Virus record (IMG/VR): IMGVR_UViG_3300042509_001296
Strand: one strand, 5' to 3'
Length of the DNA: 64,000 nt
Origin: an uncultured virus (IMG/VR IMGVR_UViG_3300042509_001296)
Lineage: Duplodnaviria > Heunggongvirae > Uroviricota > Caudoviricetes
Below the pieces are notes generated by a model that saw only the letters and a list, made by a program, of their open reading frames with translations, had not been told where the DNA came from and made no database searches. Both the position numbers and the translations under genes were made by a program. The first letter of the stretch is position 1; each line of letters begins with the position of its first letter. Of the stretch, positions 16,476 to 23,772 are shown one piece after another.

Positions 16476-17187
16476 TGCCACCCTCTCTGATGATGGAGTA
16501 TTCGTCAGTGGTCCTGACGGCAGGGTTCTCGTCAAAGTGGCAAGCCATGCACAGGTTGGCTACCGCATGGCCGAGGTGATCCTCACTTCGGTCACCATCT
16601 AAGTAGTTAAATATGTGGGCAAGGGCGTGGTTCAAGACATGACCCATGGGTATGCCCTTCATCCAGTTGCCTTCTCCGAATCGCTCGGCTCCGTGTGCCA
16701 TGGCTTCAGCGCAACGCCGAACCCCAGCCGCTGGAACAAGGTCGTAACGCTCTCGGACGGCGGATCGGAGGGCTCCGGAGGGGAAGGCATGGAGTCCACC
16801 ATCTCTAGTAGGGGCATCAAGTCTTCCAGCCGGATGGTCAGAAGCCAGCCCACCTTGCTCCGGTTCATGCGATGGAACAGCAGGGGAGTCTTCCCTTGGC
16901 ACTGCTCGACCGCCTTCTCCATTGCCTTCATGACATTCAACTTCTCCACCCTCTTCACTTCGGGGAAGGCTGTCGGCATTCCCTCGATCACAACGTCCGC
17001 GTCCCCGGCATCCCCGCAGTGCTGCTGGCTCCGTCTTGCTTCCCATCCGAACATCTCCTTGAGTGTGTGGCACAGTTCCAGTTCCCCGTTCTTGCCCTTG
17101 TTCCGACTGTTGATTGGCATGGCCGTTCGTCCCTTCTTGAAGTTGCTTTCTCAGAACCCGCCAGTGGTGAGCGTCACTTGCCCGCAT
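16468..17187 (-). CDS. dATP/dGTP diphosphohydrolase-like (DUF5664) protein, start uncertain
   Basis: SGALRS...RYDLVP...GAERFGEGNWMKGIP...H...DHLGHAVAN; domain about 16490-16790. Confidence 0.75.
   Translation of the reverse strand: MRASDAHHWRVLRKQLQEGTNGHANQQSEQGQERGTGTVPHTQGDVRMGSKTEPAALRGCRGRGRCDRGNADSLPRSEEGGEVECHEGNGEGGRAVPREDSPAVPSHEPEQGGLASDHPAGRLDAPTRDGGLHAFPSGALRSAVRERYDLVPAAGVRRCAEAMAHGAERFGEGNWMKGIPMGHVLNHALAHIFNYLDGDRSEDHLGHAVANLCMACHFDENPAVRTTDEYSIIREGGND
16659..17120 (-). CDS. Holliday junction resolvase, PD-(D/E)XK type
   Basis: NSRNKGKNGELE...RRSQQ...DV...EVKR. Confidence 0.8.
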   Translation of the reverse strand: MPINSRNKGKNGELELCHTLKEMFGWEARRSQQHCGDAGDADVVIEGMPTAFPEVKRVEKLNVMKAMEKAVEQCQGKTPLLFHRMNRSKVGWLLTIRLEDLMPLLEMVDSMPSPPEPSDPPSESVTTLFQRLGFGVALKPWHTEPSDSEKATG

Positions 17188-17551
17188 TGTTCTTCCTCTC
17201 TTCTATGGCCCACGATGGTAGGGGTAGCGGGTCCTCCTTTAGGCCCTTTCTCCCCATGAGTTTGGCGAGGAACGGGATGTCAACCTCCCCGTCTTCGTCC
17301 TCTTTGGCTTGTAGTATCTGCCCTAGGCTGAGTGTCTTAGCACCGCCCGAGTGATAGCCGTAGTGGCATTCATTGCAGACCATCAGCAAGTTGCGATGGT
17401 GATGAGGATCGTGTCCCCGGCGACCCACGATATGGTGTAGTTCACACTGACGCCCGGGTCTGAACTTCCTCCACCAGCACACAGCACAACGGACTGACTG
17501 CTCGGCGTACACCTCAAGGTTCGCCCGGTTTCTATCCTTCTGTTTGCTCAT
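17174..17551 (-). CDS. HNH nuclease with zinc finger
   Basis: CAVC...ELHHI...NLLMVCNECH. Confidence 0.8.
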   Translation of the reverse strand: MSKQKDRNRANLEVYAEQSVRCAVCWWRKFRPGRQCELHHIVGRRGHDPHHHRNLLMVCNECHYGYHSGGAKTLSLGQILQAKEDEDGEVDIPFLAKLMGRKGLKEDPLPLPSWAIEERKNNAGK

Positions 17552-17556
17552 GCCCC

Positions 17557-17589
17557 CGTTGTAAATCCCGTGTCAAGTCTGTGTATCTT
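17557..17589 (-). promoter_or_regulatory. 33-nt repeated promoter/operator element (copy A)
   Basis: AAGATACACAGAcTTGACA-N6-TTACAACG; 26 of 33 identical to 19258-19290. Confidence 0.7.
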
Positions 17590-18323
17590 TACTTTTTGGG
17601 CACCATCCGCTCGACCTTTCCGACCGGGACTGTCTTGTTGTCGAGCATGGACACTGCGAGTTCAGTGTCCTCTGGTCCAGCCAAGTATCTAATCCGGTTG
17701 CCATGCCAATCTATAAAGGCATCAAGTGTTTCTATGTCCTTATAGGCGGGGTCTTTCCTAGCAAGGGAAGCCATGTGCCTGACATAGACTTCCATCTCTA
17801 AGGCAAACCTGACCGTGTCAATCCGGTCCTTCCCCGTCTTGTTCAAAGACTTCCGGCAAGCCGTACCATTTCCATAGGCGACCCATTCGTTCAGCAGGTA
17901 CAGGGGCTCCTTGTTCCACCACTGCCGCTGGTCAATCAGGTAGGTCTGATAGATCGTACGTCTGTCCTTCTCGGGTATGGCGACAGCGATCTGTTCAAGG
18001 GTGAGGTTGGGCGAGTTGAGGATCACAGCCTTGCCGTCCAGCAGGTACAGCCCCTGCTTGCCCTTCTCTCTGGTGATGTTGGAGTTGATGTAGTGGGTGC
18101 CCTCATGCACCCAAGTCACCGGGTCCTCGTGGTAGTAGTCGTGCTTGAGGGGCAGCCGCCGCTCGATGTCCACTACCTGAGGCAGGCCATGGGAGAAGTC
18201 CTTAGAGGGGGCGACCGTGACCCACAAGAACCCCTCTGCCCTAGCCATTGGCGGGTCGCTTGATATGCCGCTCTCCCGGCAACCAAGAACGAACACCACC
18301 AAGGCTAGGACTAGGGGTCTCAT
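17589..18323 (-). CDS. Lipoprotein with HExxH metallopeptidase motif
   Basis: MRPLVLALVVFVLG-C lipobox; TWVHEGTHY...LNEW. Confidence 0.7.
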   Translation of the reverse strand: MRPLVLALVVFVLGCRESGISSDPPMARAEGFLWVTVAPSKDFSHGLPQVVDIERRLPLKHDYYHEDPVTWVHEGTHYINSNITREKGKQGLYLLDGKAVILNSPNLTLEQIAVAIPEKDRRTIYQTYLIDQRQWWNKEPLYLLNEWVAYGNGTACRKSLNKTGKDRIDTVRFALEMEVYVRHMASLARKDPAYKDIETLDAFIDWHGNRIRYLAGPEDTELAVSMLDNKTVPVGKVERMVPKK

Positions 18324-18329
18324 GCAAGG

Positions 18330-18338
18330 TTTATGTCC
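18330..18338 (-). promoter_or_regulatory. Putative late promoter GGACATAAA
   Basis: 6 nt upstream of ATG 18323; no RBS. Confidence 0.55.
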
Positions 18339-18359
18339 TTGCTCGGCCCCTATGCTGCA

Positions 18360-18710
18360 CTAAAAGGGCTCGACTTCCCGCTCCTGCTGGTGGGCCTTCC
18401 ACTTCATCCAGCCATTGCCTTCAAGATAGGACCCGTCCTTGCCCTTCCGCTTAGGGAACAGGCTTCCATCTTGCTTCTTCTGACCGAAGGCAAGGGTCGC
18501 CCCACAGTCTTGGCACTTCATTTCATAGAAGGTATTGCCGTCCCTTTCCCTGACGGAGGGGACAGTCCTTGAGGAATCACAGGCACCACAGACTGACTGA
18601 CCAAATACCTCGGAGGCCAAGGCGATCTGGGAGAAGGAGTCCTTGGTGTCCTTTCCTTCAACCTCAATCTCGACTCGACCATCAGCCGACTTCATCCTGA
18701 CTTTCATCAC
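18360..18710 (-). CDS. Zinc-ribbon protein
   Basis: CGAC...CQDC; AAGGA RBS. Confidence 0.75.
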   Translation of the reverse strand: MMKVRMKSADGRVEIEVEGKDTKDSFSQIALASEVFGQSVCGACDSSRTVPSVRERDGNTFYEMKCQDCGATLAFGQKKQDGSLFPKRKGKDGSYLEGNGWMKWKAHQQEREVEPF

Positions 18711-18724
18711 TGTCCGTCCTTTCT

Positions 18725-19255
18725 CATGGGAACTGCTTTGGCTCTGGCTCTGGCACTGGAATATCCGTCATAGAAAACAGGACACGAGTCCCGTTCACTA
18801 AGCCATGAGGCAGGCCCGACTACCTTTCCAAGGTGCCGGAACCCATCACAGCAAGCGGTGCCGTCTCTCCCTCGGGCTCGCCAGCAAGGTTGGTTATGCT
18901 GGGTTGAAGCCGTCTGGTCTTTCTCACCGCTGGGCCACAGTCTCTGGCAACAAGGCCTGTATGGGATGTATGGCCGTCATCCCGTGACCACCGAAAGCAC
19001 TCCCGCCACTGCTAACGGGACTCTCGATGGGCTTCGTCTCCAGCAATCTGATCGACCCCCTTTTCGTTCAGGGTGCGAGGTAGGTGGCGGCACTCTTGGC
19101 CGGGCCTTTCCGGGCACCCCTGTCCTGTTGGACCTTCTCGACTCCGTTGTCGCGGCAGTTGCCCGTGGCTGGCCCAGATGCTGGGACTAGCGAAGGGGCG
19201 GGGCGGCGACTCTGGCCATCAAGGAAGTGCGGGTTGTCAGACTACTGTTGTGTCA
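18725..19255 (-). ncRNA. Candidate large structured ncRNA (or structured ssDNA origin)
   Basis: No minus-strand ORF of 60 aa or more within a minus-strand operon; six mutually compatible helices; follows the 33-nt element. Confidence 0.5.
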
Positions 19256-19257
19256 TT

Positions 19258-19290
19258 CGTTGTAAGGTTGATGTCAAATCTGTGTATCTT
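19258..19290 (-). promoter_or_regulatory. 33-nt repeated promoter/operator element (copy B)
   Basis: AAGATACACAGAtTTGACA-N6-TTACAACG. Confidence 0.7.
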
Positions 19291-19819
19291 AACATTCTTC
19301 TGGAATGGCAACGACATCGTCCATGTCATTAAGGGAGCCCTGAGGGACAAACCACGCAGGCCTGTCCCCGTTGGGGTTAGTGAGCCATTGCTGTTGCCTT
19401 GCGTCTTCTCCAGTGATCCATCCCATGAGCCGCACTATTGTTCTGTGCTTAGATTGGGGGGATTCTTTTGGGTTGTCAGAGACGATTGCCAGAACGAACT
19501 TCCGCCCATCATCGTCGTTGTCTCTTACGATGAGACGCCCGTCACAAAGGTCGGTTGCCCTAACTTCGATGTCGCCTTGGCAGTCGGCTGTTTCGTGGAA
19601 AGTGTTAAGCCGAGGCACGAAGTATTTACCGGATGCTTTTCCGAAGGCGATCTCGCCCAACGCCCCGAGCAACTCCTCATGAAACCTCTGGGGCATGGTT
19701 CTTTTGTATGTCGATGCTGGGTTTAGCCCCTTCGACACTGATGCAACCATCCTGCTGGTGGCGGCGTTGACTCCGACCAGAAAGTCACTGAAGTCAAGAA
19801 CCACTTTAAGTTTGCTCAT
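19289..19819 (-). CDS. Hypothetical protein, possibly PD-(D/E)XK-like
   Basis: GALGEIAF...D...IEVR; ATGA coupling to helicase. Confidence 0.7.
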   Translation of the reverse strand: MSKLKVVLDFSDFLVGVNAATSRMVASVSKGLNPASTYKRTMPQRFHEELLGALGEIAFGKASGKYFVPRLNTFHETADCQGDIEVRATDLCDGRLIVRDNDDDGRKFVLAIVSDNPKESPQSKHRTIVRLMGWITGEDARQQQWLTNPNGDRPAWFVPQGSLNDMDDVVAIPEEC

Positions 19820-21426
19820 ACAGTCAGCCCCTCCTTCGATATGCGCTGTGCCCGCCGCTCAAGTTCCTTGACGTACACCTGATGCCAGAAGGGCGTGAGC
19901 CTGCCCTTCTCTATGACCCAGACCAGATAGGAGTCGGGTATGTCGGGGCTTGATATGGGGTAGCCCTTGTATTTGCCGAACAACATCCTGAAGGTGCGAA
20001 CGTTGGGGCTCTTGGCATCAGCCTTGGCGAACAGGTCGCGGGACTGAGAGTCGAAGGTGACGCCCACAATCAGGCCAGCACGACGCCGCTTCTCCTCCTC
20101 TCGGGCCAGCCGCTCCAGTTCCCGCTGCTCCTCAATGGCCTCGGCCACGGCAGCATCCAGTTCCTCGACGCTGACCTCTTCCTCTTCCTGCTCTTCCTTC
20201 ACCTTGTCGATGATCTCCTTGGGGCCAGCCAAGAGAACGTCGATGGCGATGATCGGCTCGTGGAACTTGCAGGTATTGGTGATGTCATGGACCACCCAAT
20301 CAGGCTTGGCACTGGCAGCGATAGCCGCCCGCCTCTCCTCAAGGGTCATCTCATTGGTCAGCACCCCACCCAAAGACCTGAGCCCTCGGCCCAGTACCTG
20401 TAAGTAGCGGTTCTTGGACTTGGTCGGACGGGCGTTGAAGATTTCGTTGATCTCTGGGATGTCCACGCCGCGACCAAGGACGTTGCAGTTCACGATCAGG
20501 GAGTTGGCCCCGCTCTTGAACAACTTCATCTCGGCTTCCCGTTCCTCGGGGTTCTGTGTCCCCCAGACGCAGGAAACATTGAGCCCGTGTCGAGTAACCA
20601 GCAGGTCTCTCAACATCTGGGACTGACGGACGCTGCCGCAGAACACCACGCCATGGCTTCTCTTGTGGTGATCCTTGATGAGAGAGGCAATGTCGTGCAG
20701 CACCTGCTCACTGGTCAGCAGGGCGTCTAGTTCCTCGGGCTTGTAGTCAGTCCGGGTCTTAGACAACTTGCTGAAGTCCACCGACTTGACCCGATGGACA
20801 AAGACCTTGGGGCTGACCAGCCAGCATTCATCAAGGGCCTCCCGCAGTTCCATGCAGAAGGGGACATCCTCGTAGAAGCCGAACAGGGAGGACTTGTCTC
20901 CACGAAATGGAGTGGCAGTCACACCAAGGACACGGGCTCCATGGTCAATAAAGTCCTTGGCCATGGCACGGAACGCGGTACTAAACTTGTCATCGCACTC
21001 ATCCACAATAACTAGGTCTACTTTTCCTAGGAACTTCTTGTACCTCTGGGGCAGGAGCGTGGCATAGCAAGCCACTGCCCACTCCTCTCCATCCCATCTG
21101 TTGCCAGCCTGCTCGATGCCAGCCGCTCGTCTGCGAAGGGCACGAATGGAAGACACTGTCTGTCCCACTAGTTCAATCTGTGGGCAGATCACCAATACCC
21201 TTGCCCCTTCACGAGGCAGGATGGTGAACAGCCTCGTTTTCCCCATGCCCGTGGGCAGCACGGCCATAACAGCCTTGTGCCCACGGGCGAAGGAAGCACG
21301 AATCTTAAGGATTCCATCCCTCTGGTAAGGACGAAGGTGATCGTCAAACAGAGGGAGATGTTCTTCAGCGTATGTCTTGACCATGGGTATCCGTACCCCT
21401 CCCTTTCCAGCCAGCGTCCGTGGCAT
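19816..21426 (-). CDS. Superfamily 2 helicase (Res/Irc3-like) with C-terminal FGKYKG motif
   Basis: LRPYQ, PTGMGKT, DECD, TATP, GVDIP, QVLGRGLR. Confidence 0.92.
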   Translation of the reverse strand: MPRTLAGKGGVRIPMVKTYAEEHLPLFDDHLRPYQRDGILKIRASFARGHKAVMAVLPTGMGKTRLFTILPREGARVLVICPQIELVGQTVSSIRALRRRAAGIEQAGNRWDGEEWAVACYATLLPQRYKKFLGKVDLVIVDECDDKFSTAFRAMAKDFIDHGARVLGVTATPFRGDKSSLFGFYEDVPFCMELREALDECWLVSPKVFVHRVKSVDFSKLSKTRTDYKPEELDALLTSEQVLHDIASLIKDHHKRSHGVVFCGSVRQSQMLRDLLVTRHGLNVSCVWGTQNPEEREAEMKLFKSGANSLIVNCNVLGRGVDIPEINEIFNARPTKSKNRYLQVLGRGLRSLGGVLTNEMTLEERRAAIAASAKPDWVVHDITNTCKFHEPIIAIDVLLAGPKEIIDKVKEEQEEEEVSVEELDAAVAEAIEEQRELERLAREEEKRRRAGLIVGVTFDSQSRDLFAKADAKSPNVRTFRMLFGKYKGYPISSPDIPDSYLVWVIEKGRLTPFWHQVYVKELERRAQRISKEGLTV

Positions 21427-21589
21427 AAAGAAGTTCTTCTCTGACTACTTCAACACTTGGCGGGGCAGTGACTGCGAGTTTGACTGTCCTCCCCTGATTG
21501 ATCTCAGCGACCACGATCTTGATCTGCATCCCTCCCTGAACTCTCAGGATGATGCTCTCCTCTTTCTTCCTTGTTAGGCACAGAGCCAT
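21365..21589 (-). CDS. csrA: Carbon storage regulator CsrA/RsmA homologue
   Basis: LCLTRKKEESI...IKIVV...VKLAVTAPPSVEVVREEL. Confidence 0.85.
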   Translation of the reverse strand: MALCLTRKKEESIILRVQGGMQIKIVVAEINQGRTVKLAVTAPPSVEVVREELLYATDAGWKGRGTDTHGQDIR

Positions 21590-21993
21590 TAGCGATACCT
21601 CCTGTCCACTTGAGAAAGGTTCTTTGACAACGCCTCACCGAGGGTCTCTGGCCTCGATAGGTAACGACCCACCCACCTGCGGCTGGCTGTCTCCGCTGAC
21701 CACTTCGCCTTGATCTGCTCCCTTGCGGCGACGATTTCCTCTTCGGATGGGTCGGACTTCGCCGCTTCCGATGTCGGCCTGACCACTCCCTCCAGCAGCC
21801 GCCTCACCCCCGAGTGAGTCAGCAAGTGGGCGTACCTCATCTTGAGTGCCCAGATGCTGGCCCCCTGCTGGTACTCCGAGATCACCTTGGCCGTTAGTTC
21901 CGTGCCACGCTCCGTAATCTCCGTCACCATCTCCCGGTTGTGCGCGATCATCTGTTCCGATTCCTTCCAAGAAGTGATTGACCTTTGAGTCAA
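21589..21993 (-). CDS. Hypothetical protein, HTH-like, with DPS.EEI motif
   Basis: EYQQGASIWALK...; DPSEEEIVAAREQIKAKWS. Confidence 0.55.
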   Translation of the reverse strand: MTQRSITSWKESEQMIAHNREMVTEITERGTELTAKVISEYQQGASIWALKMRYAHLLTHSGVRRLLEGVVRPTSEAAKSDPSEEEIVAAREQIKAKWSAETASRRWVGRYLSRPETLGEALSKNLSQVDRRYR

Positions 21994-22123
21994 GGGTCGC
22001 CTTGACCAAGCGAAGTTCTGAGAACAGGACCGGGATTGCCCGTGACAAGATCAAAGGCAACTGGTCCATGGTGCTGAACACGATCAGTCGTTCGAGTTCG
22101 TCGATCTGGTTGTCAGATAGCAC
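21635..22123 (-). CDS. Hypothetical protein whose C-terminus overlaps the next gene
   Basis: GGAGG RBS, GTG 22123 (LSDNQIDELERL...). Confidence 0.4.
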   Translation of the reverse strand: MLSDNQIDELERLIVFSTMDQLPLILSRAIPVLFSELRLVKATLDSKVNHFLEGIGTDDRAQPGDGDGDYGAWHGTNGQGDLGVPAGGQHLGTQDEVRPLADSLGGEAAAGGSGQADIGSGEVRPIRRGNRRRKGADQGEVVSGDSQPQVGGSLPIEARDPR

Positions 22124-22796
22124 TGGCTTCCTCCTTGGTCTCTTCGGGCAGGGGATACTTCTCAGCAAGGACTTCGGCGTCGGACTCTCGGAGTTCACCC
22201 TTGGTGACAAGGCCGACGATCTTCAGCCGATACTTCCGCAACTTGACTTCGTCGTTGGCCACCATCCGCAGGGCAGCCTCGACCTGCTCGTACTTGGCGT
22301 TGAGGGCCTCGGTCTCGGCGTCCATCTCGACAACTTCTTCAGTGACCTGAGCGGCGTCATGCTCTGAGGTCTCGTCGCCAACCTCCCACCCACCAGCCAA
22401 CGTCTTCAGCAAGACTTTCTTGGCGTAGGTGCAGCCGATCTCAAACGACTGCGGGTCAGTGCGAACCCCGTTCCCATTCACGACATCCCTGATAGGACAG
22501 GTGCTGGTCATCCACTCGCCTGATTCCCCATGGATCAGGGTGCCGACCATCAGCCAGCCCTCTGGCGTCTTGGTCATGCGAGGGAGGAACACAATCCCGT
22601 TGGCCAACAGGCTGGGATAGATGGCATCCACGATGTCCTTCCATGTGGAATACCAGTACGACTTGTCCTCGTGGACCTTGTATTCCTCGGACTTGGCAAT
22701 GGGTTTGTAGGTGGCCTGTGCATGGACCAAGGCCTTCACAAACTCCCTGACATCTGGGCTGCTGGACACGCCAGTGAAGTGACTATCTAAAAGCAT
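22113..22796 (-). CDS. erf: ERF-family single-strand annealing protein
   Basis: ALVHAQ...Y.Y...DI...L...GI...TLIHGESGEW...DPQSF...TYAKK. Confidence 0.8.
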   Translation of the reverse strand: MLLDSHFTGVSSSPDVREFVKALVHAQATYKPIAKSEEYKVHEDKSYWYSTWKDIVDAIYPSLLANGIVFLPRMTKTPEGWLMVGTLIHGESGEWMTSTCPIRDVVNGNGVRTDPQSFEIGCTYAKKVLLKTLAGGWEVGDETSEHDAAQVTEEVVEMDAETEALNAKYEQVEAALRMVANDEVKLRKYRLKIVGLVTKGELRESDAEVLAEKYPLPEETKEEASAI

Positions 22797-23772
22797 TACG
22801 CGACTCCATGTACCTCTCAGGGATGTACAACTCGACTACCTGCCCTGAGTCCTCAGGTAGCCAGTGATCCACTTCCAGACGGGCTTGCAGTTCTGCAATG
22901 GTCTGGCGAAGTTGCTTGTGTGCTTTGCCAACAAGCCGTGCAGGAAGAGTCACGGCGTGGCAGTGGTAGGGAGGCACAGTGCTGGTCACCAAGAAGACGA
23001 ACTCCTTGATGCTCAGGCCTGCTGCCTGTAGCCCAGCGAGATAGAGGCACTGCTGAAAGCCATAGCCGTAGTCAACGACTGACTTCCAGAACGTCTCTAA
23101 TGGCTTGGCTTCGCGTGTTGTCTTGAGGTCCCAGACAACCGCATCAGTGATGGCATCGGGTCGGCACTTGAGTTGCAGGCCGGATGGGTCACGCCAACGA
23201 ATAGAGAACTCACGGGCAATGGTCTCCTCTGTGAGTTGCCGAAAGGTCTCGTTGGCAAGGATCGCCGCAAACTGCTGGCGATAGGCCTCGACCTCATCGG
23301 ACTTGAGTAGGATTGCGTCTGGCTTCTGCTCAGACTCCCACTGCTCTGTGGCCTTGGTGCGTCTACCACCAGCCCCTAGAGCGTCGGCAGGTATCTCGAC
23401 TACCCGAGACCACCACGCCTCGTCACCGACCTCTGCCCATTCGTGAACATAGGTTCCCTTTTTAAGAGCCTCCGTGGACCCGTATGTTTGGGGGTCCCCG
23501 AGGTAGCGGGCAGCAAAGGCCCGAACCCCCCCACTCCGGAGCGTCCAGAGTTGGGACTTCGACCACCACTCACGGTCGGAGTGGTAGGCACTGATCGGTT
23601 CATTGAACGAGAGATTGGCGGCGGCGGGACTCGAACCCGCGACACCCGGCTTATGAAGCCGGTGGCCCCTACCAGAAGCCCTTGCGCCCCCCATCGTGAG
23701 GGCGCAAGGGTGGTGGTTGGAGTCCCCACTTGGGCCGCTAATCTCTCCTTCTGGCGGTAAGGAAAGAGTCAT
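22783..23772 (-). CDS. RecE/exonuclease VIII-like PD-(D/E)XK nuclease, start uncertain (23772 or 23694)
   Basis: YH...SKSQL, GTYVH, LKCRPD...DLKTT, YGYGFQQCLY. Confidence 0.85.
   Translation of the reverse strand: MTLSLPPEGEISGPSGDSNHHPCALTMGGARASGRGHRLHKPGVAGSSPAAANLSFNEPISAYHSDREWWSKSQLWTLRSGGVRAFAARYLGDPQTYGSTEALKKGTYVHEWAEVGDEAWWSRVVEIPADALGAGGRRTKATEQWESEQKPDAILLKSDEVEAYRQQFAAILANETFRQLTEETIAREFSIRWRDPSGLQLKCRPDAITDAVVWDLKTTREAKPLETFWKSVVDYGYGFQQCLYLAGLQAAGLSIKEFVFLVTSTVPPYHCHAVTLPARLVGKAHKQLRQTIAELQARLEVDHWLPEDSGQVVELYIPERYMESRNAFR
23616..23675 (-). tRNA. 3' part of tRNA-Met/Ile2 (CAT) without a canonical 5' acceptor strand; probable attP core
   Basis: CCGGC-TTCATAA-GCCGG anticodon arm, GCGGG-TTCGAGT-CCCGC T arm, CGCCGCC-A acceptor 3' strand. 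Confidence 0.7.

Noticed and set aside
18725..19255. CsrB-like sponge or group I/II intron
   Set aside because: GGA count looks no higher than chance, flanking genes are intact with their own stop and RBS, and I did not recognise intron core motifs.
18805..19726. Plus-strand ORFs 18805, 18858, 19073, 19084
   Set aside because: Antisense to the operon, no RBS, atypical composition.
23616..23700. Complete functional tRNA-Met gene
   Set aside because: No correctly placed 5' acceptor strand or canonical D arm.
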